A stretch of 64,000 nt of DNA from NCBI GenBank assembly GCA_047967505.1, contig CM106538.1. The stretch is one strand, 5' to 3'. The stretch's first letter is position 1. Each line of letters begins with the position of its first letter. Made by a program: the position numbers and the translations under genes. The notes below the pieces were generated by a model. It had not been told where the DNA came from. It saw only the letters and a list, made by a program, of their open reading frames with translations, and made no database searches. The DNA is from Dipteris shenzhenensis (lineage: Eukaryota). Of the stretch, positions 51,285 to 64,000 are shown in pieces.

Positions 51285-51560
51285 TGAGGGGAGTTGAGCC
51301 GAAGCGCGGGAGCTGCTGGCGGAGGTAGAATCGCGACGGCCGAGAGGCAAAGGGATGAGAGGACCGCCGGCGAGGTTGACGGCCTGGCTTGCTGCGAGGG
51401 CGATGATATCTGCGCACGAAACAGTTGCAGGACAAGATGACTCTACAGCTGCCTTCATGAGGTCGATGAAATCCAGCCTTCGAATGCCCAGATTGGAAGG
51501 CGACTCAAGCTCCGAAACTATCCCTCCTTGCGTCTTCAACAGAATCGAAGCATCGCAGCC
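51285..51560 (-). pseudogene. Class III secretory peroxidase fragment (92 codons) inside the Copia leader
   Basis: GCDASILL..ELESPSNLGIR..IDLMKAAVESSCPATVSCADIIALAA..AV..AGGP....LGRRDS......A..QLPS; lacks the RLxFHD and GAHTIG heme motifs. Confidence 0.93.
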
Positions 51561-52173
51561 CTGCACACACCGGTTATGTTGAAGTATGAATCCCTGCGTC
51601 CAGCGGCCAGAAACCACGGCTCCACTGAAAATACGAGAAGCTTGGGCTGGCGCTACTACTTGTCGATGAAGGCGAGTCTGCTTGTAGATAGAGAGGCTAA
51701 AGGTGCGAGTCTGCAGGAGGGTCTCTCCACTTACATGAGAGACTCCAATTCTCTCAAGGTCCTTGAGTGCCAAACAGAACTCTCTCTTTTTGAAAAAGAG
51801 ATTTCGTAGGAGCTTTGCTTGTTGCAGGAGAGATAGGACTCTCCCTATCTCTTTGAAGTCTTCCTATCTTTCCTTTCTCACAACACAATTGGAATTCTCT
51901 CAATGACTATATCACAAGTCTCTCTCTCTCACGTGATGATAATTTCTCAAATGAATGTACTGAACACCTCTCTTTAGACCTCTCTCTCACGGAAGAAAGA
52001 ACTTTCAATGAACGGAAATGGACGGAATTTCTTCCAAAATGAGCGGAAATTTTCTCTCAACGGAAGTGAAGGGAAGGATCTCACAATCACTCAAGAGAAC
52101 TCTCAATCTCACAATCTCTCTCACTCTCATGGAACTCAATGTCTCAGCGGAAGACAAGGAAGCTCTGATACCA

Positions 52174-52430
52174 TGAAAAAATATGAAGAGGGGAGAGGAG
52201 AAGAGTGGAGATGAGGAGAGAGGGCACAGCTAGAGAGCACACCACAAATGACTAACTGTACACTAGAATTAGTTGAAAAAATAGAATATATACAAACCCT
52301 TTTAGGGTTAGGGTTAGGGGATCTAACCCTTTCCTTTATAGCACTCTATAAGGTTAGTGCTATGCACATATGATCACGTGATGGTGCTATGCACACATGA
52401 TCACATGATGTTGAGCGTGAACTCTCAACA
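52174..52430 (-). repeat. 5' LTR
   Basis: TG...CA, adjacent to the PBS (gctctgatacca on the + strand). Confidence 0.97.
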
Positions 52431-53542
52431 CATGATTGCTTGCTTTAGTTGATACATAATTAGCATGTACGGCTTGTACAATGTGTAGATTGAGAACAAT
52501 GTACTTATTCTCAATTTGATGTAGTTACCATGTGCAAATGGAAACAAAAAAGGGAACATTGCAAGCTCTATCGTCAGGTTAGGGTAACCACTGTTACTTG
52601 TACGAAGCCCATTCACTTGGAATGATGCCACCCTATCTAATAGCATTCATGTGGCTCGTAGTTGTATTGGTCCAAAATTGTGCATGTTCTTGGTTTGAAA
52701 AGCTTGATTGTTTGCTGATTCTACCATATTCTGTAGTAATGATAGTTTTGGTTGTGATTGTGCTATTGACATCAGCTCAAATGGCATTGACTCTTTGTGT
52801 ATTTGTAAGATACTTTCAATAGATTTGGGAGACAAGATGCACATGCCTATCCTGGGATTTGGTCGCTTGGCCATTGTTTTGTTTTTCTATACGATCGGGT
52901 TATTTATTATGTTGTATGCCAAAATGTCTGAGAGCTCAATTGCCACCACGCCTCTTGTCAAAGTTACATCTATTGTTGCTTTCGTCCATGAAATCAATGG
53001 ATTGTCCAACAACGATCTACGGTCGAGCATGCCTTTCGCAATTGCATTTGTTGTGGAAATTACTGAAATTGAGATGTCTACAATGCTCAGTAATTACATA
53101 GATGGCTCAACCTTAACAATCGGCATATGTAATCTGGTAGCCATTGAACCACGTATGTAGATTGCTATATATTTTGCGAGCAACTATGGCATGGTGTGCA
53201 TGTTACTTCGATACCCAATTCATGAAATAGATGCAAGCAAAATGCAAAATCTGTTGCTATAAAAGTTATTAATATTCTAGTTTCGAAGCTTTGTTTCTTT
53301 TGTATAAGAACATTGTATTCATATTGCAAATAGGTAAAAGACTATGTGTTGCGTACCTCTCCAAAAGTATATTCCATCCAACAATGAGCTCGTATCGAAC
53401 TTGTCAACCCTACCAAAGATAAACAAAATTGCTAGGGATCAGATGACTTGGTGGGTGATGCTGAAGACATATAAATGGGAGTGCATGCAAAAGAACATGA
53501 AAGTGTGTAAAAGCATGAGGTGAGGGGGGGGGAAAACCCATA

Positions 53543-54535
53543 CATAATGTATGGCGAAGAGTGGGCACAACTCTCTTCATAAAATGATAATCGTAGGGAA
53601 ACATGCCTCTTCCCCGTTTAATAAAATATTGTCTCTAGTGTTGGAGACGTAGTATATAAGAGCACATCAAGTTTTTGATGCGTTGTGCAAAAACATAGGC
53701 TATTGTAATATCATACTTACGTGCACGGTCAATTGCACGACTTTGGTCGCCCGGTTCTCTCCACTTATTTGCTATGGGATTCACACTACCTGCCAAGAAT
53801 ATATGATTAAAATATTAACTAGTTAATCACATGAAAATAATGCATGCAAAGGCAGGCATTCACTATTTCTAAGGTGGCCAAGTAAAAACAACTATATCAT
53901 GATTGAAAACCATGACTGTCACAGGGGTTGAGTAAACACCTCTTTTTTTGTTTACACTGCCCTCAATCCCTGAGTTTGCCCCTCCTCAGATTTTATGAGC
54001 TTAACACTCCTCCGCACACTTCATTTTCCTCACAGAATACTTCATAATGTATGGCGAAGAGTGGGCACAACTCTCTTCATAAAATGATATAATTATAGGG
54101 AAACATGCCTTTTCCCTGTTTAATAAAATATTGTCTATAGTGTTGGAGACGTAGTATATAAGAGCACATCAAGTTTTTGATGCGTTGTGCAAAAACATAG
54201 GCTATTGTAATATCATACTTACGTGCACGGTCAGTTGCGCAACTTTGGTCGCCCGGTTCTCTCCGCTTATTTGCTATGGGATTCACAGTACCTGCCAAGA
54301 ATATATGATTAAAACATTAACTAGTTAATCACATGAAAATAATGCATGCAAAGGCAGGCATTCACTATTTCTAAGGTGGCCAAGTAAAAATGACAATTAT
54401 ATCATGATTGAAAACCATGATTGTCATAGGGGTTGAGTAAACACCTCTTTTTTTGTTTACACTGCCCTCAATCCCTGAGTTTGCCCCTCCTCAGATTTTA
54501 TGAGCTTAACACTCCTCCACACACTTCATTTTCCT
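53543..54535. repeat. Tandem duplication, period about 500 bp
   Basis: 53543-54030 repeats at 54043-54535 with high identity. Confidence 0.93.
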
Positions 54536-56655
54536 GATCCTTGTTCAACTTTTACTCCAGCCTAAAACTTGCTGAACCTCGGCCTTGAAATTCTCCCAAG
54601 GCACGAATCTGGCCAACCTAACTGAATTGGACCTAACGCCATCCCTAACTTGGTTGACGGCTAACTAGACTAGGCTGTGACCTAGTCGGCTCCTCAGAAC
54701 TATCTTATAACTAACTACTTGACTATCTACTCGATTTACCCCGCTTCTATTTTAGTTCGACAAATGCCACACGTGCAAAAACATTATCCGTGGTCGCCAT
54801 GGCGGACCAATCGCCAAGCTCTCGAATATTGGCTGAATATTCTATCCAGAGGGAACTCTCCCGGATTCCAACACGTGACCCTCTTCCTCCCACTCAAAAA
54901 ACTATCGCAACTTAGTACCTATTATGCACCAATTGGCTATAGCGTTATCTTGGGGCCTTATGGCCTTATATGCCAACCTTTGGTTCTTGGCTGGACTGCG
55001 CGGCTCCAAGGTTCCGTCCGTCACTACGCGGCTCCAAGGTTCCGTCTTTGTCACCGGTGGTGGCGTTGCATCGCAACAACGGGAGAGAACTCACTGCGAA
55101 TGGAAGGGTGTCTACATCCGTCAACAGACTCTCTGATCGAACGCGGCTACCTAGACAACCGACCTACTTGTATACGTTAAGGCACATCTCTTTCCGACAG
55201 GCCTTCAGTTTCTTGCAGGCGCAGTTGATGGGTAGACCAGAGTGGCATTGAATGCTTTGGAACTGGCTATTGTAGCTAAAGCTTCAAGAGCAAAGGTTAC
55301 TTCTCCAAACATAATGGCATTGAATCTTGCTACGCAAAAGCTTACATAAGGTATGGAGTGTTCAAGGAAATCTTTCTCGCAAGCGTGGAGCAAAGAGCCG
55401 ACTACCTACCAGCAAACTTGCTTGCACTATACCTACACGGGCTGGCAGAGTTGACGGAAATGAAAACAAGTCTAAGCATACCTAGAAACCTGTAAGCTGT
55501 CGACCTTGAAACGACGAAAGGACTCACGTGGGCGTTGTTTTTCATTTGTTGAAGGCACATTGTTTTTGGATGTGTTCTTACTTGGAGGCACGTTGTTTTG
55601 GACTTTCACATTGTTTTTGGATGTAGAGTAATTTTAGACAAGGAATGATCTAACGGCCTACAACGAACCACGTTGCTACGTAGGATTTGAGAAGTGCATA
55701 GAACCGTCTAGTGCTGGCTAAGTAAAAACCAAGAAGGTGCTGATAATGGGAAACGGAAAATAAAATTGATTGCTGCCTAAAAAGGTCCAATGAATTTCCT
55801 GAGCTCCCACCATACAGCCTAGTGAGCCTCTGGAAAACAAGGGCTAGCAACCACAATGGCAGGCTATACAACCAACGGATACCTCTCTGCGGGAGAACAT
55901 GGAAAGATCTTGCAAGCCATGCCTTGAAAACATGCTCACACCTTTTGGCGGTCGCTCTACATCTTCAAGTCCTATGCTCCCAAATATCTCATAGAATGTA
56001 GATGTATCCCAGATGGTGTCTAAATCGGCCACCTTCGGAGTAGTCTGCTACTTGCCTCTAATTAGCCAACTACAATGGGCGACCTAGATATGCCATGTAG
56101 TGATGCTAGCAATTGCCTCCCACACAACACTCATCTCGCGTATCTCGATCTTGGTCACTGTCTGGCCGTGACTCCAAAAGCTCGAAGTGTGGGGTCAATA
56201 AAAAATGCGCACCCTTTGTGAGCCAAGCAACCATCCCCCTATGAAGTCTCACTCCATGCGCTGGGTACTCATAGCTATCCTCAAAGCTGATGACCAAACC
56301 CTCTATATTACATGGCATCCCCATAGACAGTGAGAAATTGCCTCCGTCACTATGTATGTACAACAGTGGCATTTGCTGTCCACCCTCATCTGATCCAACC
56401 AAAGGCCAATGTGTAAGCCTCCATTTGTTACCATCCAAAGGATATAGAAATCTTCCATGGTCATCGCAAGTTGGACCAAAGGCATGCCTAGAACTAAGGG
56501 AACGATCTCTATGGGGACCTACTCAACCCAGTGTTGCTCTCTTGGGGAAGTCCATACTACTGCCTCTAGTTGAGCGATGATTGATACAGGTCATGGAAGA
56601 CAAGAAAGCCACATCCTCCACCTTGTCAGAGTGCCCTACCCGAGCGGGCTAGAAC

Positions 56656-59298
56656 TGTGAAGATAGTGGGAGAGAAGGAAGGAGTCTCACTTGCGGCTTT
56701 CTCACATGCACAATGGGGGAATACACACAAAGGTGGAGGCTGAAAACAGTTTTCCTCTTCTTAGTTGTAAAAGCCAAAAGAACTCTAGTACAAAGAAATA
56801 GAAGAAGCCTATATGTGGGTCTCAAACCAAACTCAATTAACTAAGGTGGCATACTAACTGAGCCATGAACTAGAGTACATAAGGATAGCTGTCATCCAGC
56901 TATTATTCATGGGCGGTGTACCAATCGCATCTGCAGCTAACAAGTCGGTGACATAAATGCACAACGGTCACCCTGGCATATCACGAGTGAAGCTCGATAT
57001 CTCAACACTCCCCCTCGAGCTTAATCCCAATTCCTGCACACCAAGCAGGTCTTTGAACTTGCGCAGCTTCTTTGCGCCCAATGCCTTCGTGAATATGTCA
57101 GCTACCTGATCCTCTATGCTGACATAAACTAGATCAATAAGACCTAGTAAAACCTTCTCCCGCACATAGTGATAATATACCTCAATGTGCTTTGTTCTAG
57201 CATGATAGATTGGGTTATTTGCCAAGTGTATACTACTCATGTTGGGCTCATGTTGTCACAATAAATGACAACTGGCCCATCTGTAGACTGATGCATATCA
57301 TAAAGTAGCTTATGCAACCAAGCTACCTCACATGCAGCCATTACTGCACCCTTGTACTCAGCCTCTGTGCTTGACAAGGCAACTGTAGGCTATTTCTTGC
57401 TGCTCCAAGTGACTGCAGCACTCCCAAAAGCGAACACATATCCACTGGTAGATCGTCTATAAAAAATACTACCAGCCCAATCAGCATCAGTGTATCCATG
57501 CAAATGTATCTGAGCCCCAGCCTCATAAAATAGTCTATACTGCAATGTGGACTTCACATACCTGAGTATGCGTCTAGCCGCATCCAAATGCGGTTTCCTT
57601 GGAGCCTGCATAAACTGACTTACCAATCCAACAACATAGCTCAAATCTGGCCTGGTAATAGTCATATAAATCAAACTTCCTACTATGCATCTGTACATAG
57701 TAGGGTCTTCCAGAAGCTCACCTACATCTGCACTCAGTTTCACATTCTGCTCCAAAGGAACTGAAATAGGCTTACAGCCTGTCATCCCATATTTGGAGAG
57801 CATGTCCAATCCATACTGCCTCTGCAAGAGCCGTATCCCACTTGGTGATCTAATCACCTCAATGCCCAAGAAATAACGCAGCTCTCCCAAATCCTTCATC
57901 TCAAACTTTTGCTTCATTTTACATGAAGGATATCTTCATCACTATCACCTATGATGATCAAATCATCAACATAAATGACAAGTAGCATAATACCTTTCTC
58001 TGCTTTTCTGACATAAAGTGAGAAATCTGCCTTGGAAATCTGAAAGCCAATAGTGACAAGATACTATCCTATCTTGTCAGAACATGCTCTAGGTGCTTGC
58101 TTCAAGCCATACAAGGCTTTCTTCAACCTGCAAACAAACTCAGGATGAACATCATGAACATAACCTGGTGGCGGCTCCATAAAGACCTCTTCTTGCAAAT
58201 CACCATGCAAGAAGGCATTCTTTACATCGATTTGATGTAAAGACCATCCCTTTGATGCAGCCATAGCAATGACTGCTCTTATGGTTGCCATCCTTGCAAC
58301 CGGACTGAATGTTTCTTCATAATCAATGCCATATGTCTGTGCATACCTCTTGACAACTAATCTTGCCTTGTATCTGTTCACAGAATCATCTGCATTGTGC
58401 TTCACCTTATAAACCCACTTACAGCCAATTGCATTCTTGTCTTTAGGCAAAGGCACCAATTCCCATGTAACATTTCTTCCAAGGCATCCATTTCTTGATC
58501 CATGGCTTTCTTCCATTTTTGTTTTCCCATGGCTTGCTCAAAAGAAGTGGGTTCTGGTTCCTGTATCACTTTGACCATATAGGCATAGTGAGTGGCTGTA
58601 AATCCATCATATTTCAGCCCATCCACAGGATACCTAGCTTTGGTAGATCTGCGCAAAGTAGGCTCACTTCCAGGTGCTCTCAAAACATCCCTGGTCTTCC
58701 TTACTCCAGGTGTAACAACAGAAGGAATACCCAACTCATCATCAATGCTCTATTCTGAGCCACTGGATTCACCATCCACATAAGAGTGACCTGTATTCAC
58801 ATCAAACATGGGCTGATCTACCTTCTCTTTTCCTTTTCATGATACCTGCATACCACTATCTGCATTGCTTTGAGGAGATTCTCCTGATCTCAATCTGCCT
58901 GTCCATGGCTAAGTATGTGAACCACTGCTACAGGACACTGCAGGTCCACTAATATTTTGTGATTGCTGCTGTGAATTCTGTGCAGCATTACCATTTTGTG
59001 CATCTATATCATCAGTCAAATTTATTGGTTTATACCAGCTGCTCATCTCATCAAAAACATCTCTGCTTATTGTAAACTTACGAGTAGAAGGGTTATAGCA
59101 TCTATACCCTTTTTGCTGCAGAGAATAACCAATAAAGATGCACTTCTCAGCTTTTGGATCCAACTTGGACCTCAACTCATCTGGCACATGAACATAGGCA
59201 ATGCAACCAAAAATTTTCAAATGAGAAATATCTGGTTTCCTACCAGTATACATCTCCTCTGGCGTCATGCCATGTATTGCTGCAGTGGGAGTCCTATT
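56656..59298 (-). mobile_element. 3' part of a Copia (integrase C-terminus, RT, RNase H, 3' LTR about 56656-57007), interrupted by a nested element
   Basis: NRTPT..MTPEE, FGCIAYVH, KWVYKVK, IDVKNAFLHG, YVDD, DADWAG, QVADIFTK; PPT gagggggag at 57008-57016. Confidence 0.92.
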
Positions 59299-62200
59299 TG
59301 TGGGGGAAGAGGGAGCACTCAGGAAGGGATAAGAGACACCATATATGGTGGAGCAAAAGCTACTCTAGCTTATTCCTCTATCATATATATATGAGTATAC
59401 ATGGGCACTGTACAAGTGGGTGGGCACACTGCCCTTTACCCCAACAACCTCCCACTTAAAGGCAGTGTGTCTTTAAGGGAGTATAGTACACATATAATAC
59501 AATAAGCCATAGGCTGAAAAACAAGATGACCAAACCGTCATCCTATGCCCATTGGCACTTTACAATGTGCAAAGTGCATAGAGGATAAGCTGCTAGCAGA
59601 CATTAGGTTTGCAGGATAGAAAATGACAAGCTGTAGGTGCGTGTCAACTAAGATCTCATGCCAGATCTCACTGGGAGAGTGAACTCTCACCACCACGTGC
59701 TCCTGTGCTAAGTCCATAGCATCTGAACAGTTCACTGTGCAAAGAAAATGTCTCTGTACCACCTGTGACCATAAGCACATGACCTACAATAGACCTCTGT
59801 TGGTTTACCCAACCTGCATCACCTACATGCTGCTCCTGGAAGCATAAGGACCTGATGTCCACAATCGCTTCCCACTGCCAAAATCTGCCATAATCATGCT
59901 ACCAACTCCCACTGCAACGGAAGCAAGAACCGGAAGTGTAGCCCCAATGGCAAACACGTGAGAACCAAGTCTCAACACAGTCATGGATGCATGAAGTACT
60001 ATGGTTGTCATATCAACCATAACTTGCTGCTCAACTGATTTGTGATCGTCAAACCGGTAGTGTTTCAAGTATGGATCCAATACAGGCAATGGAATACTCA
60101 GTAACTTCCCCCTCTCCATACTGAAACAACCAAGTATCTGACAAACATCATCAAGACCATGCAGCTCCCACTGCAAAGCATCCCTATCCATAAGGAACCA
60201 TATGGCAAGTAACCTCAGAAGGATAGCAACCTCCTGAATACTGAGACCATAACCTGTCTCACTGCGCATCACATCCTGAGCTCTCATAATGGTATCAAAC
60301 CTATGAAGCCGAGCTCGAGGGGATCGCTTCTGGCCATGGAGGCACTTACGAAGCAAACATATCAATGATTCTTGCCCATGCGCAATATGACCCGAGTCAA
60401 TAACTGCAAAAACCACATCTGTCTTGGCATAACCAGCCAATGGATCATACCGGGCATCATTAGCCAAGGTATCCTCCTCACCATGCATAGCCTCATCCTC
60501 ATTTGTAAGAGGCACTCCGCATCCTAGGAGTAAACTATAACTGTCCATAGAAGATGCATCAACAATCTCCATAGGAGTATAAACCTGTGGAATACTCGAG
60601 ACATCTGACCGTCTCTGACCAAAATCAGGAAGTAATCGTGGCTATCCTAACTTTATAACGTGCTCACCGTGGGAAAAGCCTCCCACTCCAAGGGATATGG
60701 GCTGCCCCTGCAAAGAATTCAGAGGTATTAGTGCACTTAACACCCTCCTGGAACACCACTCTCCTGCTATCCACAGTTCTGTGCTGTCTAAACATAGCAT
60801 CCTCTCTGAAATAGACATTATGGCTGCGTATCGACTCTCTTGTTGAAGAATCCCATAACCTGTAGTCCATACTGGACTCATTGTATCCAAGGAAGATACA
60901 CCTCCTCGATCGGGAACCATAAGCATAAGCCTCGCAGCCAAATACACATAAATGCTCATAACATGGTGCCCTGCTTGTCAAGAAGTCAAATGGCACTCTA
61001 CCATTCAGAGATCTCCTGGGTGACGTGTTAAGCAAGTATGCAGCTGTCTTACATGCCTCAGCCCAATAGCATTCGGTAAGACCTGCATATCATAGCATGC
61101 TACAATCCTGTCCAATAGAATCCGATTTAAGCCTTCTACCAAGGCATCGTGAGTAGAAAGATGAGGAGTGGTCAACACCCTCCTGATACCAAGTGTATCA
61201 CATAGATGCTGAAATCTAGGAGAGGTAAACTCTGCATCACCATCAGTCATCAAGCTCAATAGCTTCTTTCTTGACTGATTTTCAGCATTACCCAAGAAGC
61301 GCTGAAATGTATCATATACATCATGCTTCTGACGAATCGGATATACCCATATGTACTTTGTAGCAGCATCAATAAATGTCACAAAGTAAGAGGCACCACC
61401 CAGTGAAACGGTAGGCATAGGCCCACAAACTGCACTATGAACCAACTGCAATGGCTCAACATACCTCTCACTGACTGTCTTCCTCACAAAAGAGGATCCT
61501 GACTGCTGACCATTATCACAATCATGACATAAAATTTGAGAGACATCCATAACAAGAATGTATCTTAATTTTGTAAGGGCTTCCATACTTGCAGTAGACA
61601 TATGTCCAAGTTTGGCATACCATAAACTAATTGATGGTTGCTTACTAATCATAAGCATCTTATCCTGGACACCTGATACATGCAATGCATAAGAGAATCC
61701 AACCCGTGGTCCCCTAGCCATAACCAGATTGCCTTTAGCAATCTTCCATGCATGATCACCCAAAGAGACATGATAACCTGCCTCAACCAACTATCCAGTA
61801 CTGATCTTGCTCGTAGCAAGTCATGGTATATGTCTAATCCTCTGTAGAACAAGAATAGAGCCACTAGGCATAACAAGGTGGATATCCCCATAACCATAGA
61901 CATCCATAGAATGATCAATGCCCATCAAACCACTCGCCACAATGCATTCCTGATATGCACTGAACCATGACCTATGAGGGGTCATATGACATAAAGCACA
62001 TGGATCTAACATCCAATCACCGAGAATGGGTACATCAGTGGCCAAGAAGGAGGTGTCAGACATAGACAAAAGAATGCCTTCATCACTGCTACTGTCAGTG
62101 GAAACCCTGGCATCTATGCCTTGAAGCTCAACATGCTTCTTCTCCTTCTTCCTGTCATTCTTAACCTTGCTCTTCTTCTTGCATTTTCTTAGCCATTTTC

Positions 62201-64000
62201 AATAATACTTTTTCATGTGGCCATACTTTCCACAATAAAAACATCTAGCACAAGTCCGAGAGCTAGACTTGCTCTTGGAATTCCCCCTTGAACATGGCCT
62301 GTTTCTACCAATTGATCTACCTCTGGAGTGCATATCAAGGCTGTATTTCAGCACATCAAGGCATTTCAACCCATCATGCTGTAACATAACACTATCATGG
62401 TCATACGTTTGGCATATACGAGTATAGAACTCATATGCATGGCAGTCTACACCCTATACACCATCTTGTACCTGCAAGTAGACTGACTTCGAGAGTGATG
62501 ACTGAATGATAGAGCATGCTTGCTCATCCATGTCATCCCAATCACTCTGTTTAATGCTATTAGGTTTGACACCTTTGCATTGAATGGGCTTATGCTGCCT
62601 CTTCTGCACTAACACATCATAGATCTGCTCTTTCCAATACTCAAAGTTTGATCCATCCAACCTCTCAATATCAAAGAGGGCACTACCAGCTGTAGATGCC
62701 ATATTTGTGGCACAATAGCTCACAACCAAAGAGCAACATAGTGCAATAGGCAACCCAAATGACCAAAAAATATAGTGTTGTCTAGACCAATCAGGTCTCC
62801 AAATAAATTGGCTGATCCAATGCTCAAAAGCACTCAGCCATAAAGAGGCATAAACAAGTATGCAGCCCAGTAACCTGCCAATGCCTGGCAATCCAAGTAA
62901 GAAATGCACTAAACCAAATGAGTAATGCCTGCTCAACCAATGGCAATAGGAGCCCAGCTCAACTATCCATAAACATCAGTGCGGCATCCACCAATGCAAA
63001 TCCATAATGCATCGAAATGGCATTTACTGCATCACTAATGCATCACCTCAAGTGTGCAATCCTTTGGCAACAAAATCAAGCATTCACCACTTGCCAAATG
63101 TGCCAAAGTGACTTGCCAAAATGCCAATAATGCCCTTGGACTGAAGTGAGATCCCAATCACTTTTTGTAATTTACTGTTATGCAAGAGAAATCTCATCCA
63201 CTTTGGGCAAGATAACACGCTGTCCTTGTTTTTGAATAGTGATATCTTTTCACCAAAAGATCGGATGCCAAAGCTATAAACAACAAAGTTGTAGCTGGTA
63301 GAAAGATCTACAACTTATCAGTTGAGCTCAAGAGCCAAATCCTTGTGGATTCTCAGATATTCTCACATGAAAAATAGCTTCTTGCACATTGGTCACAAAT
63401 AGACATTAGACTGCAACTTTTTGTGGTTTTGTAGAGGCTGTAACTCCTGCAGCTTATACCGGATCAACTTGCTTCCAAAAGCAAAGTTGTAGTATGTTAT
63501 GTGAACTAAAACAGCAACAGTAGCTTCCTTGAATGTTTGCTGCCCTTTATAGCACTCATCTGCTCTGGCAAAAAATAGCCCCAAAAATGGTCAAAATACA
63601 TCCAGCAGATCACCCCGTATGTCAACTGCAACACCAGCAAAATGGCAAGTACAATGCCCAACCAAATCAGCCCCGAGAATGCTCATAGATTAGCAATAAA
63701 ATAGCCCAAAAGCACTGGCAAAACAGCCCCGAAATGTGCTCCAAACAACGGCAAGTCATTGACAATACATCCTCCTCAGCTGTTCAATGAACTTACATAA
63801 ACACCACCATACATGTAGGTGTAAAACTGTCAAAATGTCCATTGAATCACTGTCAAAATGACCTGAAAGCATGTGTCCTCAGTCGACAAAAGTGTCTGCA
63901 ATGGCCTCTGACAAGAGAACTCTTAACCTGAGTCTCTGTTAGCCTACTATCACTCGGGGAGACCTACACCTGTCCCCGAGCCAAGCCAAGACCAACTGAA
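59299..64000 (-). mobile_element. Non-autonomous Copia-derived element nested in the preceding integrase; 3' LTR 59299-59446; 5' LTR beyond the window
   Basis: LTR termini tgtggggg...ccccaaca and PPT aagtgggagg. Gag ERLDGSNFEYWK (ATG 62702), CFYCGKYGH, WMLD..HMT, LVHSAVCGP, TDGDAEF; only an RT remnant. Confidence 0.85.

Larger units (their letters stand above)
45146..52430 (-). mobile_element. Young full-length Ty1/Copia LTR retrotransposon with a ~2.4-kb leader
   Basis: 257-bp LTRs at 45146-45402 and 52174-52430 with 2 mismatches. Perfect TSD catga. tRNA-iMet PBS at 52162-52173; PPT from 45403. Confidence 0.97.
44680..53160 (-). mobile_element. Helitron Rep-domain relic in two pieces (52431-53160 and 44680-45145), split by a Copia
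   Basis: ELAMFPFLFP..YMLIMYQLKQAIM continues across the TSD into IINS..PETSSWH..LKDLIVMV..GLP..LTLT and GRINHHGVRYKIQSMGSLHVYL (degenerate HUH motif). Confidence 0.75.

Noticed and set aside
51279-51773. Functional peroxidase gene
   Set aside because: TTG start, no signal peptide, both heme histidine motifs missing, early stop

Overview
Plant nuclear DNA, most likely from a large, repeat-rich non-angiosperm genome such as a fern (inference from TE style, not proven). Most of the window is nested, decayed transposons. From left to right: (1) a minus-strand Athila/Tat-like Gypsy with tandem arrays and an extra 3' ORF, joined back-to-back to the 3' end of a related element; (2) a chromovirus-like integrase relic; (3) a Copia (12608-24160) with a full-length L1 LINE in its integrase; (4) the last seven intact exons of a borate exporter (BOR/SLC4), whose 5' half is not in the window; (5) LINE and Gypsy relics; (6) a Helitron Rep relic split by a young Copia (45146-52430); (7) a further Copia interrupted by a non-autonomous Copia. 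The most notable observations are that the young Copia carries a class III peroxidase fragment and a bZIP-site array in its leader, and that two diverged Gypsy copies share an uncharacterised accessory ORF. Alignments and counts were done by eye, so boundaries without a TSD or splice site are approximate.
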